Part shown: positions 22,939 through 32,902 of the stretch, piece after piece | How the letters are laid out: every line of letters begins with the position of its first letter | Numbering within the stretch: position 1 is the stretch's first letter | Assembly: GCA_963812185.1 (NCBI GenBank) | Contig: CAWEUE010000005.1 | Span: forward strand, 32,405 to 96,404 | DNA: 64,000 nucleotides | Reading direction: 5' to 3' | Source of the DNA: an uncultured Acidobacteriota bacterium | Lineage (GTDB): Bacteria > Acidobacteriota > Vicinamibacteria > Vicinamibacterales > JAHECP01 | Translations under genes and position numbers: made by a program | Notes under the pieces: model-generated | What the model was told of the DNA's origin: nothing | Database searches by the model: none | The model's input: the letters and a program-made list of their open reading frames with translations, nothing else

Positions 22939-24051
22939 CTACAACGTCTGCACCTCCACCGACAACACGGCCGGCAGGTCGCGGACGATCGGCGCCCACG
23001 AGTCGCCGGCGTCGTGCGACGCGTACACCTGCCCGCCCGTCGTGCCGAAGTACACGCCGCACGGGTCCATCCGGTCCACGGCCATCGCGTCGCGCAGCAC
23101 GTTCACGTAGCAGTCCTGCTGCGGCAGCCCGTTCGTGAGCGCCTCCCACTCGTCGCCGCCCGTGCGGCTGCGGTACACGCGCAGCTTGCCGTCGGGCGGG
23201 TAGTGCTCGGAGTCGCTCGTGATCGGGACGACGAAGATCGTCTCGGGCTCGTGGGCGTGGACGTCGATCGTGAAGCCGAAGTCGGAGGGCAGGTTGCCGC
23301 TCACTTCCCGCCACTGGTCGCCGCCGTTGTCGCTGCGCATGACGTCCCAGTGCTTCTGCATGAACAGCACGTCGGGCCGCGACGGGTGCCGGGCGATGCG
23401 GTGCACGCAGTGGCCGACCTCGGCCGCCGGCTCCGGCAGGAACTGCGAGTGGAGCCCGCGGTTGATCGGCCGCCACGTCTTCCCGCCGTCGTCGGTGCGG
23501 AACGCGCCGGCGGCGGAGATCGCCACGACGATCCGTTCGCGGCTCGCCGGGTCGAGCAGGATCGTGTGCAGGCACAGCCCGCCGGCGCCCGGCTGCCAGC
23601 GCGAGCCCGTGCCGTGGCCGCGGAGGCCGGCGAGCTCGTGCCACGTCGCGCCGCCGTCGGTCGTGCGGAAGAGCGCGGCGTCCTCGACGCCCGCGTAGAC
23701 CGTGTCGGGGTCGTCCGGCGAGGGCTCGAGGTGCCAGACCCGCTTGAACTCCCACGGGTGCGGCGTGCCGTCGTACCACTGGTGCGTGCCGGGCACGCCG
23801 TCGTAGACGAACTTGTTGCCGACCGCCTCCCACGAGCGGCCGCCGTCGTTCGACCGCTGCATGAGCTGGCCGTGCCAGCCGGTGGACTGCGACACGTACA
23901 GGCGGTTCGGGTCGGCCGGCGACCCGGCGAAGTGGTAGATCTCCCAGCCGCCGAAGTGAGGGCCGCTCACGTCCCAGCGCGCGCGCGCGCCGTCGGCGGT
24001 GAGCACGAACGCGCCCTTGCGCGTCCCGACGAGGACACGGACCCCGCTCAT
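22939..24051 (-). CDS. BNR/Asp-box beta-propeller protein (sialidase-like / Ycf48-like fold)
   Basis: Repeated S/T-x-D-x-G-x-(T/S)-W boxes are present: [40 protein letters not shown]. There is no signal peptide. Confidence 0.75.
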   Translation of the reverse strand: MSGVRVLVGTRKGAFVLTADGARARWDVSGPHFGGWEIYHFAGSPADPNRLYVSQSTGWHGQLMQRSNDGGRSWEAVGNKFVYDGVPGTHQWYDGTPHPWEFKRVWHLEPSPDDPDTVYAGVEDAALFRTTDGGATWHELAGLRGHGTGSRWQPGAGGLCLHTILLDPASRERIVVAISAAGAFRTDDGGKTWRPINRGLHSQFLPEPAAEVGHCVHRIARHPSRPDVLFMQKHWDVMRSDNGGDQWREVSGNLPSDFGFTIDVHAHEPETIFVVPITSDSEHYPPDGKLRVYRSRTGGDEWEALTNGLPQQDCYVNVLRDAMAVDRMDPCGVYFGTTGGQVYASHDAGDSWAPIVRDLPAVLSVEVQTL

Positions 24052-24141
24052 GTCGATCTCCTTTGGCTCACGTGACGGGTGTAGGACTGATGTTGCGCCG
24101 GGGGCCGGCGCGTCGTCAAGAGGGAGGGATCACGGGACAGG

Positions 24142-24561
24142 TCATGAGGCCGACCCCACGGCGTCGCCGTGAGCCGCGTCCTCCACCGGCGGCCGGATGG
24201 CCTTCCGCTCCTTGAGGAAGAGGGCGACGGTGTCCGCGGCGGCGACCACCAGCAGGACGGCGCCGACCCAGGTTCGCCAGCCACCCACCTGCTCCGGTCG
24301 GGCGAGGACCGTGTTGAGGAGGCCGACGATCCAGAACAGCACCGTGCGCTGGACGTGCCAGACATCCTTGGCGCCGCCGGCGCGGTGCAGCCGCCGGCTC
24401 AGCTGAACGACGTTCCAGAGGATCGCCAGCGAGACGGCGCCGATGACGGCATAGTCGATGAAGGTGCGATCCCCGGCGCTCAGGTCGAGCACCCAGTAGA
24501 GGACCGCGCTCGCAAGGCAGGCGTTGACGACCTGCGACTCAACCCTCTTCTTCATCTTCAT
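24142..24561 (-). CDS. membrane protein (139 aa, 4 TM), hypothetical
   Basis: Hydrophobic helices and good codon bias. Confidence 0.55.
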   Translation of the reverse strand: MKMKKRVESQVVNACLASAVLYWVLDLSAGDRTFIDYAVIGAVSLAILWNVVQLSRRLHRAGGAKDVWHVQRTVLFWIVGLLNTVLARPEQVGGWRTWVGAVLLVVAAADTVALFLKERKAIRPPVEDAAHGDAVGSAS

Positions 24562-24592
24562 CGTTCGGTCTCCGTCTGGCTCGTGGCTCGTT

Positions 24593-24904
24593 CTAGTCGG
24601 GCAGCGTCTCGAGCAGCGCGCTCATCTCCGCCTTGTAGGCGCGCAGCGCCGCGCGTCCTTTCCCCGTGAGCGCATAGACGGTGCGCGGCCGGTTGGCGAC
24701 GAAGCTCTTCTCGATCTCCACCAATCCCGCCTCGGCGAGCTTGGTCATCTGCACCGACAGGTTGCCGCGGCTGAGGCCGGTCTGCCGCAGCAGGTACACG
24801 AAGTCGGCCCGCTTGATCGCCGAGAGGAACACGAGCAGCCGCAGCCGTACCAATTCGTGCAGGAATGCGTCGACGCGCGGGACCGGCGGCTTGACGTCGT
24901 GCAT
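24593..24904 (-). CDS. winged-helix transcriptional regulator (ArsR/MarR-like)
   Basis: FLHELVRLRLLVFLSAIKRADFVYLLRQTGLSRGNLSVQMTKLAEAGLVEIEK. Confidence 0.7.
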   Translation of the reverse strand: MHDVKPPVPRVDAFLHELVRLRLLVFLSAIKRADFVYLLRQTGLSRGNLSVQMTKLAEAGLVEIEKSFVANRPRTVYALTGKGRAALRAYKAEMSALLETLPD

Positions 24905-24915
24905 GTGCCGGTTAC

Positions 24916-25495
24916 TCAGCTCTCGGCCTCGAGGCGCAGGAACCGGTTCATGCGCCAGGCTCCGCTCGCGAGCACGAGAAGCCCGGCCGCGAGAATCGCC
25001 ACCTCGGGCCGGCTGTCGGTCGCCGCCACGCCCAGGCCGGCGACCGAGAAGAGACCGGCGTAGACGACGAACCTGAGCAGGCCGAGGATGAGGCCGGCCA
25101 CGACCGCTAGCAGACCCAGGAGCAGCGCGGGCAGCGCCGGCGCCATCGCCCGCCAGGGGCCGCCCGGGTTGGGGGCGGCCCAGAAGGCGAGCGCCGCGAA
25201 GGCGGCGAGCGCGGCGAGGCCGAGCAGGGCGCTTCCGACCAGCCCCCGGCGGTTTCGCTCGACCCGCTGATCGGCGAACTCCACCAGGCCGGCGCGGGGC
25301 TCCACGAGGCGGCGCCGGAGCGGGACCCACAGCGCCGCGAGCACTGCCGGCACGGCAGCGCCGAGCGCCACGAGATCGACCGCCCAGCTGAGGCCGACGG
25401 CCAGCGCGCCGACGCCCGACAGGACGTCGAGCAGGCCGTCGTCCCAGGTACTGCCGGAAGAGCCGCCGCTCGAGCTGGTCCGCGTGTCCGGTCAT
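24916..25495 (-). CDS. membrane protein, upstream partner of the wHTH regulator; +1 frameshift near 25444
   Basis: MTGHADQLERRLFRQYL continues in the shifted frame as DDGLLDVLSGVGALAVGLSWAVDLVALGAAVPAVLAALW... Confidence 0.55.
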
Positions 25496-25654
25496 GCCGG
25501 TCCTCCCACAGGCTCAATGGCCATGGTTCAAGTACGGGAATTAGTTTATGTCGTGAACTACACGACGTCAAGATGCTCCTTCTGGCGCTCCTCGCCAGAA
25601 GTCTGGCGCGATCCGCTGTCTCGCGGGCGCCTCGCGGTAGTAACTTGGACGGCC

Positions 25655-26596
25655 ATGACCTTCGACCTCGGCGCCATTCCCTCCCAACGAGGACGGCTCG
25701 CCATCGTGACCGGCGCCAACACCGGTCTCGGCTACGAGACGACGCGCGACCTGGCCCAGAAGGGCATGACGGTCGTGATGGCCTGCCGGAGCGAGGACCG
25801 GGCCCTGCGGGCCCGGGCCAGGATCGAAGCCGACGTGCCCGGCGCCGACCTCGAGTTCATGCATCTCGACCTCAGCGCGCTGTCGTCGGTCCGTGAGTTC
25901 GCGAGCGCCTTCCGGAGCGGGCACGAGCGGCTCGATCTGCTCATCAACAACGCCGGCGTCATGTGGATCCCCTATACGAGGTCGGCCGACGGTTTCGAAG
26001 GCCACATGGCGGCCAACTACTTCGGCCACTTCCTGCTGACCTCGCTGCTGCTGGACGTGATGCCCGACGGTCCCTCCTCGCGAGTGGTGACGCTCAGCAG
26101 CATCGCGCACCGGCAGCCGCCCAAGCGGATCCGGTTCGAGGACCTGAACTGGGAGCGGGGCTACAACAAGTACCAGGCGTACGCGCAGACGAAGCTGGCG
26201 TGCCTGCTGTTCGCGAAGGAGCTCCAGAGGCGTCTGGAGCGCTCGGGAAGACGGATGCTCTCGGTGGCCGCGCATCCCGGCGTGTCCGAGACGGAGCTCG
26301 CTCGGACGGTGAAGCCCTGGCTGCGGGCGCTGGTCCGCTACACGGCCGGACCGTTCGTCTTTCACCCGCCGCGGGAGGCCGCGCTCTCCACCGTCATGGC
26401 GGCGCTGGCCCCGGACGTGGCCGGCGGCGACTACCTCGGTCCGCAGGGCCGTCGCGAGATGAAGGGCCCGCCGGGAAGGGCGAAGGTTGCGCCCTGGGCG
26501 CAGGACGAGGACGCGGCTCGCAGACTGTGGGAGGTTTCCGAGGAGCTCACGGGCGCCCGGTTCGCCCTGGCGCCGCCCGGACCGCCCGCGCGCTGA
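25655..26596 (+). CDS. short-chain dehydrogenase/reductase (SDR)
   Basis: TGANTGLGYET (Rossmann), NNAG and YAQTK (catalytic YxxxK) are present. Confidence 0.85.
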   Translation: MTFDLGAIPSQRGRLAIVTGANTGLGYETTRDLAQKGMTVVMACRSEDRALRARARIEADVPGADLEFMHLDLSALSSVREFASAFRSGHERLDLLINNAGVMWIPYTRSADGFEGHMAANYFGHFLLTSLLLDVMPDGPSSRVVTLSSIAHRQPPKRIRFEDLNWERGYNKYQAYAQTKLACLLFAKELQRRLERSGRRMLSVAAHPGVSETELARTVKPWLRALVRYTAGPFVFHPPREAALSTVMAALAPDVAGGDYLGPQGRREMKGPPGRAKVAPWAQDEDAARRLWEVSEELTGARFALAPPGPPAR

Positions 26597-26682
26597 CGGG
26601 ACGGCCCGGCTCGATGGTTGCGCATTCGGCCAGCCGCCGCTAGAGTGAAGCTTCGGCCTCACACTCACAAAGGAGACGAGCC

Positions 26683-27213
26683 ATGTCGCCCCGACACCTG
26701 CTCTGGATACCTGTGTTGCTCGTCGCCGCGTCCACGTCCGGCCAGACCCCATCGCGCGCGACGGCCACGCTGGTGAACGCCGCCGGCGTGCGGGTGGGCA
26801 CCGCGACCCTCGTGCCGGCGATGCCCGGCCCGGGCGTCACGATCACCCTGTCGGTGACCAACCTGCCGCCGGGCACGCACGCGCTGCACATTCACGCCGT
26901 CGGCACGTGCGAGGCGCCGGGCTTCACGAGCGCGGGCGGCCACTTCAACCCCACGATGAAGCAGCACGGGAAGGACAACCCGGCGGGCCCGCACGCCGGC
27001 GACCTGCCGAACTTCGAGACCGACAGCCGGGGCGCGGCCACCTTCTCCTACACCGATCCCGACGTCACGCTGGGCGGCGGGCCGAACTCGCTGTTCCATT
27101 CCGGCGGCACGGCGCTGGTGATCCACGCCGGGGCCGACGACTACAGGAGCGACCCTTCAGGGAATGCCGGCGCGCGGATCGCCTGCGGCGTGGTCGAGAA
27201 GCTGGGTTCCTGA
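26683..27213 (+). CDS. sodC: periplasmic Cu/Zn superoxide dismutase
   Basis: It has a signal peptide plus [26 protein letters not shown] and RIACGVV. Confidence 0.9.
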   Translation: MSPRHLLWIPVLLVAASTSGQTPSRATATLVNAAGVRVGTATLVPAMPGPGVTITLSVTNLPPGTHALHIHAVGTCEAPGFTSAGGHFNPTMKQHGKDNPAGPHAGDLPNFETDSRGAATFSYTDPDVTLGGGPNSLFHSGGTALVIHAGADDYRSDPSGNAGARIACGVVEKLGS

Positions 27214-27266
27214 GCTCACCGACGCGCATCGCCGGAGGAACCCGCGGTCGTCTGGAGGTGCTACCG

Positions 27267-27647
27267 ATGGTGCGACGAAACTGGCGGCGCGCGCTCGGCG
27301 TCTGCGTCGCCTCGGCGGGCGCGCTCGTCGCGGCGGCCTGCGTGACCCCGATCGACAAGATTCTCGCGGACCCTTCTCACTACCGGAACCACGACGTCGA
27401 GGTGGTCGGCACCGTGAGGGACAGCTTCTCGGTCGCCGATCGCGGGGCGTACCGGATTGCCGACGGGACGGGACAGCTCTGGGTGGTCTCCGACCGCGGC
27501 GTGCCGCGCGACGGGGCGCGCGTGAAGGTGAAGGGCACGATCCGCGAGGGGATCGACCTCGGGCGGCTGGCCGGCCGCCTCAACCTGCCGCCAGGCGTCG
27601 GCGCGGGCGTGGTGCTGGTGGAATCGGAGCACCGCGCCGAGCGCTGA
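27267..27647 (+). CDS. lipoprotein, possible OB-fold domain
   Basis: GGAGG RBS and lipobox LVAAAC. The beta-rich core is VEVVGTVRD...GQLWVVS...RVKVKGTI. Confidence 0.55.
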   Translation: MVRRNWRRALGVCVASAGALVAAACVTPIDKILADPSHYRNHDVEVVGTVRDSFSVADRGAYRIADGTGQLWVVSDRGVPRDGARVKVKGTIREGIDLGRLAGRLNLPPGVGAGVVLVESEHRAER

Positions 27648-27720
27648 GCTCCACGGGTACGGCTATGATAGCCATGCGAGGAGCCGGTCCGGCCCGGCCT
27701 CCGAGTTCCCGGATCTTCCC

Positions 27721-28896
27721 ATGGCGAAATCTCTCCACCCGTCGCGGGCGACGACCCGGACGGCGCGGCCGCTGCGCGCGCCCGGGCTGGCCGTGCACGC
27801 GTTCGTCGAGCCGGGGCAGGAGATCGTCAGCGCCGACACGGGCATCGCCTACCGCATCGACCGCCTGCTCGGCGCCGGGGGGTTCGGCCAGGCGTACCTC
27901 GCCACGCGCCTGAGCCGCGCGCGCGACGTGCCCCGGACGCTCTGCATCAAGGTCAGCCCGCGCATCGACGGCTGGCTGACCGAGGCGTACTTTGGCCAGC
28001 TCCTCGGCGGGCACCCGCGCGCGATCCGCGTGTACGACCGGTTCCCGCTGATGCGCCCGAACGGCGCGCTCCTCTACTGCCTCGCGCTCGAGTACGCGCG
28101 GCACGGCGACCTCAGCGCCTTCCTGGCGCGCCCCGGCCGGAAGTGGACCGAGCGGGCGGTGCGCCGCGAGATCGCGGGCGTCCTCGACGTGCTCGGCCGG
28201 CTGCACCGCGGCCAGATGCTCCATCGCGACCTCACGCCGGTCAACGTGTTCGTGTGCGACGGCCACGCCCTCAAGCTCGGCGACTTCGGCATCGTCCGGC
28301 CGCAGAGCGACCGGCGCGGCGTCACCGCGCACACCCTGAACGTGATGACCGCGCCGAGCGACATCCTGGCGGGCGCCGCGCCGAAGTGGCAGGCGCGCGA
28401 CGACGTGTACCAGGTGGGGCAGCTCGTCGGCATGCTGGTGAAGGGCGACGCGCGCGAGCGGATCCTCAAGCACGAGATCCGCGGCCTCGAGTGCAGCGAC
28501 CACCTGAAGGAGGTCATCTACCGCTGCATCGGGGAGCGGCGGAAGCGCTACGAGAGCGCCGACGAGCTGATCGACGCCCTGCGCAACCCGCCGCGCGTGC
28601 TGAAAGCCGGCGCGGTCCGCTCGCTGAAGGGCGTCCACCTGGCGTTCACCGGCATCCTCAGCAAGCCGCGCGCGGACGCGGCGCGCGCGGCGAAGCGCGC
28701 GGGCGCCATCGTCCACGGCGCGCCCTCGTCGCAGACGACGGTGGTCGTGCGCGGCCGCCCCAACCCGCTGCAGGCGGCCGGCCGGAACGCGGGGCTGAAG
28801 CTGATGGAGATCAAGCGCCTGCGCGAGCGAGGCCATCGCATCACCCTGCTGAACGAGACCCAGTTCTGGCGACTGGTTGCCCGGGGCCGGGGCTGA
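27721..28896 (+). CDS. Ser/Thr protein kinase fused to a C-terminal BRCT domain
   Basis: GAGGFGQAY, CIKV, HRDLTPVNVFV and LGDFGI mark the kinase. The C-terminal GVHLAFTGILSKPRADAARAAKRAGAIVHGAPSSQTTVVVRG...ETQFWRLV resembles the LigA-type BRCT. Confidence 0.75.
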   Translation: MAKSLHPSRATTRTARPLRAPGLAVHAFVEPGQEIVSADTGIAYRIDRLLGAGGFGQAYLATRLSRARDVPRTLCIKVSPRIDGWLTEAYFGQLLGGHPRAIRVYDRFPLMRPNGALLYCLALEYARHGDLSAFLARPGRKWTERAVRREIAGVLDVLGRLHRGQMLHRDLTPVNVFVCDGHALKLGDFGIVRPQSDRRGVTAHTLNVMTAPSDILAGAAPKWQARDDVYQVGQLVGMLVKGDARERILKHEIRGLECSDHLKEVIYRCIGERRKRYESADELIDALRNPPRVLKAGAVRSLKGVHLAFTGILSKPRADAARAAKRAGAIVHGAPSSQTTVVVRGRPNPLQAAGRNAGLKLMEIKRLRERGHRITLLNETQFWRLVARGRG

Positions 28897-29650
28897 ACCC
28901 TGGCGACCCGGGCGATCTGCCGGGCGGGCGCGTCGCCGTCACGCGCACCATGCCGCGCGCCCCTCCCTCCACGACGGTCGTCAACCCGACCCGCTCGAGC
29001 ATGCGCGCGACCCACCGGGGCGACAGCCGCAGCTTGCGGTAGTGGCTCACCCGCATCCGCCATCGGGCGCCCTGGCGTTGGTGGACGATGTCGTGCACGA
29101 GGACATGACGCCGGCGCGCCTCGAGGAAGCACGTGTGGATCCGCTCCGGATCGCTCCGGACCGGGATGAACCGCGCGTCGCCCTCCGGCAGCGCGGTGGA
29201 GTCGCGAAACGTCGCCAGGAACCGGCCTCCGTCGGCCAGCGCGTCGGCGACCTCGTCGAAGAGCCTGAGGACCAGCGCTACGTCCGTCAGGTGCGTCAGC
29301 GTGTCGCCCATGCACACGATGACGTTCGGCCGGGCGTCGAGGTGCGCCCGGAAGTCGACCAGGTCGGCCTGCACCGCCCGCACGTCGAGGCCCGCCGCGT
29401 GGCGGCGCAGCTCGCCGAGCAGGTGCGCCGATTGATCGATGGCGATGACGCGAAAGCCGCTCCGCGCGAGGGGGACGGCATGCGCGCCGGCGCCGGCGCC
29501 GAGATCGACGGCGACCGCACCATCCGGCGGCGCCGGCCCGAGCGGAGCGACGTCGCCGGCGCCACGGGCGAGGGCGGCCTCCATGCCGCCCTCCGCCCAG
29601 GTGTAGACCGGCGCCAGGCACGACGCGTAGTGCTCGATGACAGAAGCCAC
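28841..29650 (-). CDS. class I SAM-dependent methyltransferase
   Basis: The GTG start follows a GAGGTGA RBS. VDLGAGAGAHAVPLA (motif I) is present. The last ~28 codons are antisense to the kinase 3' end and have poor codon bias, so the true stop is uncertain. Confidence 0.7.
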   Translation of the reverse strand: MASVIEHYASCLAPVYTWAEGGMEAALARGAGDVAPLGPAPPDGAVAVDLGAGAGAHAVPLARSGFRVIAIDQSAHLLGELRRHAAGLDVRAVQADLVDFRAHLDARPNVIVCMGDTLTHLTDVALVLRLFDEVADALADGGRFLATFRDSTALPEGDARFIPVRSDPERIHTCFLEARRRHVLVHDIVHQRQGARWRMRVSHYRKLRLSPRWVARMLERVGLTTVVEGGARGMVRVTATRPPGRSPGSPGFSPGPGQPVARTGSRSAG

Positions 29651-29655
29651 GGATC

Positions 29656-30531
29656 TCACCTCGTGATCACGGTCTCCACGTACTCGCCCGGCACGACGAG
29701 GCCTGAGGCCCCACCGCGGTCGAGCGACCGGAGCAGCGCGAGGAGATCCGCCTCGAGGGCGGCCTGGCGGTCGGCGTCGAGCGCGCGGAACGCGGTGTAC
29801 GCAGGACCGTAGAAGTTCCGGAACACCTCCACGAAGTGCTCCGCCGACCGGTACCGGAAGGCGAACGTGCGCGTCGTGTGCGCGATCGCCGCCGCGTCCG
29901 GAAACAGCGCCCGCACGTGATCGGCGGTGCCCCACAGCAGCGGCGACAGGACCCCCGGCGCGGGCGGCACGTAGCTCGCCACCAGGCGCAGCATCTGCCC
30001 GACGAAGCCGGCCGGCGTCCAGCTCGCCAGCCCGATGCGGCCGCCCGGCCGGCACACGCGCGCCAGCTCGGCGGCGGCGCGCGCGTGATCGGGCGTGAAC
30101 ATCACGCCGAACGTGGAGACGACGACGTCGAAGCTCGCGTCCGGGTAGGGCAGCGCCTCGACGTCGGCCACCTCGAAGGTGACGTTGCCGAACCCCTCGC
30201 CCTCGGCGCGGCGGCGGCCCCGGTCGAGCAGCGCCGGCACGTAGTCGGTGGACGTCACGGTCGCGAAGCGCCGCGCGGCGGCGAGCGTCGCGTTGCCGTT
30301 GCCGGCCGCCACGTCCAGCACCCGATCGAGCGCGCGCACGTCCACCGCCTCGTTCAGCAGCTCGCCCACGATCTGCAAGGTCGCGCCGATCACCGCGTAG
30401 TCCCCGGACGCCCAGATCGCCTGCTGGCGAGACTTGATCGCGCGCAGACGGTCCGGCGGGATGGCCGGATCGCACAGCACCATGTTCGGGACCGGCGGGA
30501 CGCCGGACGCCTGTGAAGCCACGGTTGTCAT
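29656..30531 (-). CDS. class I SAM-dependent methyltransferase (UbiE/COQ5-like)
   Basis: VLDVAAGNGNATLAAA (motif I) and FDVVVSTFGVMF are present. ATG at 30531. Confidence 0.8.
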   Translation of the reverse strand: MTTVASQASGVPPVPNMVLCDPAIPPDRLRAIKSRQQAIWASGDYAVIGATLQIVGELLNEAVDVRALDRVLDVAAGNGNATLAAARRFATVTSTDYVPALLDRGRRRAEGEGFGNVTFEVADVEALPYPDASFDVVVSTFGVMFTPDHARAAAELARVCRPGGRIGLASWTPAGFVGQMLRLVASYVPPAPGVLSPLLWGTADHVRALFPDAAAIAHTTRTFAFRYRSAEHFVEVFRNFYGPAYTAFRALDADRQAALEADLLALLRSLDRGGASGLVVPGEYVETVITR

Positions 30532-30694
30532 ATACTCACCCTCCAAGCGGGCCGCGCGGCAGTGCGCGGCGCCTCCCCAAGGTAGGCGAGCGGCGGTGTG
30601 AGAGCCATGCGCGAGCGTCCGATTCGCGCGGCAGGGCATCCGAATGTGCGCCAGACCTGCTCATCCGTCCGACCCCGATGCCCGCGCGTCCGAC
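30532..30694. repeat. copy A of a ~160-bp upstream-leader repeat (core 30604-30694)
   Basis: The core differs from 35747-35837 at about 6-7 of ~88 positions by manual alignment. Weaker homology continues to the RBS and start codon of the minus-strand gene. Confidence 0.75.
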
Positions 30695-31675
30695 GCGCGA
30701 GGCGCCGGCGCGCCGGCTGACGTCCTGTCGGACGTCCTGCGGTCGGTCCACCTGACCAGCGCGGTCTACTTCGACTTCGAGCTCAGCTCGCCGTGGGTGG
30801 CGGAGGCCCCGCCCTCGCGGGAGATCGCGGCGCTCGTGATGCCGGGCGTCGAACGCGTCATCGAGTACCACCTCGTGGTCCGCGGCGCGTGCTGGGCGCA
30901 CGCGGTCGGCGACGAGCCCATCCGCCTCGACGAGGGCGATCTGATCGTCTTCCCGCAGGGCGACGCGCACGTGCTGTCGAGCGCGCCGGGCCTGCGGTCC
31001 ACGCCCGACCTGTCGATCTTCGGCCGCCCGGGCACGCCGCTGCCGCTGGTGTACGAGCGCGGCGGTGGCGGCCCCGACCGCGCCCGGCTCGTGTGCTGCT
31101 TCCTCGGGTGCGACGAGCGGCCCTTCAACCCGCTGCTCGCGGCGCTGCCGAGGGTGATCCACGTGCCCGGCGCGGGCCGCGAGGCCGCGAGCGGGTGGCT
31201 CGCCACCCTGATCCATATCGCCGTGCGGGAGTCGGGCAACGCGCGCGCCGGCCGCGACAACATCCTGGCGCGGCTGTCGGAGCTGATGTTCGTCGAGGCG
31301 GTGCGGCGCTACGTCGAGGGGCTCCCGCCCGCCCAGACCGGCTGGCTGGCGGGCCTGCGCGACCCGGTCGTCGGGCAGGCGCTGGCCGCGCTGCACGCAG
31401 CGCCGGCCGAGGCGTGGACGCTCGAGCGGCTCGCGCGATCGGCCGGCGTCTCGCGATCGGTCCTGGCCGACCGGTTCGCCGAGATGGTCGGACAGCCGCC
31501 GATGCAGTACCTCGCCATGTGGCGCATGCAGCTCGCCTCCCGGCGGCTGCGCGAGGGCGGGCGCGTGGCGGAGGTGGCCGGCGCGGTGGGCTACGAGTCG
31601 GAGGCGGCCTTCAGCCGGGCGTTCAAGAAGCTCGTGGGCGAGTCGCCGGCGGTGTGGCGGAGAGGGCAGCAATGA
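30644..31675 (+). CDS. AraC family transcriptional regulator (cupin N-domain + HTH)
   Basis: DVLSDVLRSVHLTSAVYF and GDLIVFPQGDAHVL mark the N-domain. The C-terminal region is ERLARSAGVSRSVLADRF...GYESEAAFSRAFKK. The only canonical start lies inside repeat copy A. Confidence 0.8.
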   Translation: MCARPAHPSDPDARASDARGAGAPADVLSDVLRSVHLTSAVYFDFELSSPWVAEAPPSREIAALVMPGVERVIEYHLVVRGACWAHAVGDEPIRLDEGDLIVFPQGDAHVLSSAPGLRSTPDLSIFGRPGTPLPLVYERGGGGPDRARLVCCFLGCDERPFNPLLAALPRVIHVPGAGREAASGWLATLIHIAVRESGNARAGRDNILARLSELMFVEAVRRYVEGLPPAQTGWLAGLRDPVVGQALAALHAAPAEAWTLERLARSAGVSRSVLADRFAEMVGQPPMQYLAMWRMQLASRRLREGGRVAEVAGAVGYESEAAFSRAFKKLVGESPAVWRRGQQ

Positions 31676-32902
31676 CCCGGTTCGCGCGCGCCATCGGCAC
31701 GCTCGTCCTGCTCCTCCTCTGGTCCGGTCCCGGCGACGGCGCGGCGGCGCAGAAGCCCGACGCCGGCCTGAAGGCGCGGGGCCTGTCGGGCAACCCGGTG
31801 ATCGAGGGCTGGTACGCCGACCCCGAGGCCGTGGTCTACGGCCGCGAGTACCTGGATCTATCCCACCTGGTCGGACGACTACCCGACCGGGCGCCCGCTG
31901 GACGCGGCGCACGTCACCGCGCGGCAGAAGCAGGCCATCAACCCGCAGTACCTGAAGCAGACTTTCTTCGACGCGTTCTCGTCCGACGACCTGGTGCACT
32001 GGACGAAGCACCCGCGCGTGCTGGACATCAAGGACGTCCCGTGGGCGGCCTACGCGCTCTGGGCGCCGTCGGCCGTGCACGCCAACGGCAAGTACTATCT
32101 GTTCTTCGCGGCGAACGACATCCAGAGCGACGCGGAGGAGGGCGGCATCGGCGTGGCCGTCGCGGATCGGCCCGAAGGTCCGTACAGGGACGCGCTCGGC
32201 AAGCCGCTCGTGAACGCGTTCCACCACGGCGCGCAGCCCATCGACCCGTTCGTCTTCCACGACGACGACGGGCAGTACTATCTCTATTACGGCGGCTGGA
32301 GGCACTGCGTCGTCGCGCGCCTCACGCCGGACCTGCTCGCCTTGAGGCCGTTTCCCGACGGCGAGACGTTCAAGGACGTGACGCCCGAGCATTACGTCGA
32401 GGGGCCGTTCGTGTTCCGGCGCGGGGGCAAGTACTACCTGATGTGGTCGGAGGGCGGGTGGACGGGGCCGGACTACAGCGTGGCCTACGCCGTCGGCGAC
32501 TCACCGACGGGCCCCTTCACGCGCGTCGGCAAGGTGCTGCAGCAGGACCCGAAGGTCGCGACCGGCGCCGGGCACCACTCGGTCATCCCGGTGCCCGGCT
32601 CCGACACCTGGTACATCGTCTACCATCGCCGCCCGCTCGGCGACACGAACGGCAACCACCGCGAGGTGTGCATCGACGAGATGCGCTTCCGCCCGGACGG
32701 CGCGATCGCACCGGTGCGGATCACGTTCGAGGGCGTGAAGGCGAGGCGAATCGGACGACCGCGAATCGATCGGCCGGCCCGTCACGTCGCCCGGCGCAGC
32801 TCGGCGTCCACCTCGCGCCCGACCCGGGCGGCGATGTCCACGGTCGCCTCCACGTCGGCGCGCGTGGTGTGGAAGTTGACGATGCACGCTCTCAGGAAGT
32901 AG
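31672..32902 (+). CDS. glycoside hydrolase family 43 (secreted); +1 frameshift at 31852
   Basis: It has a signal peptide and NPVIEGWYADPE | WIYPTW..., ALWAPSAVHANGKYYLFF, IDPFVFHDDDGQYYLYYGG, EGPFVFRRGGKYYLMWSEG. The ATG overlaps the AraC stop (ATGA). The final ~55 codons overlap the convergent decarboxylase with poor codon bias, so the true stop is probably near 32740. Confidence 0.8.
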
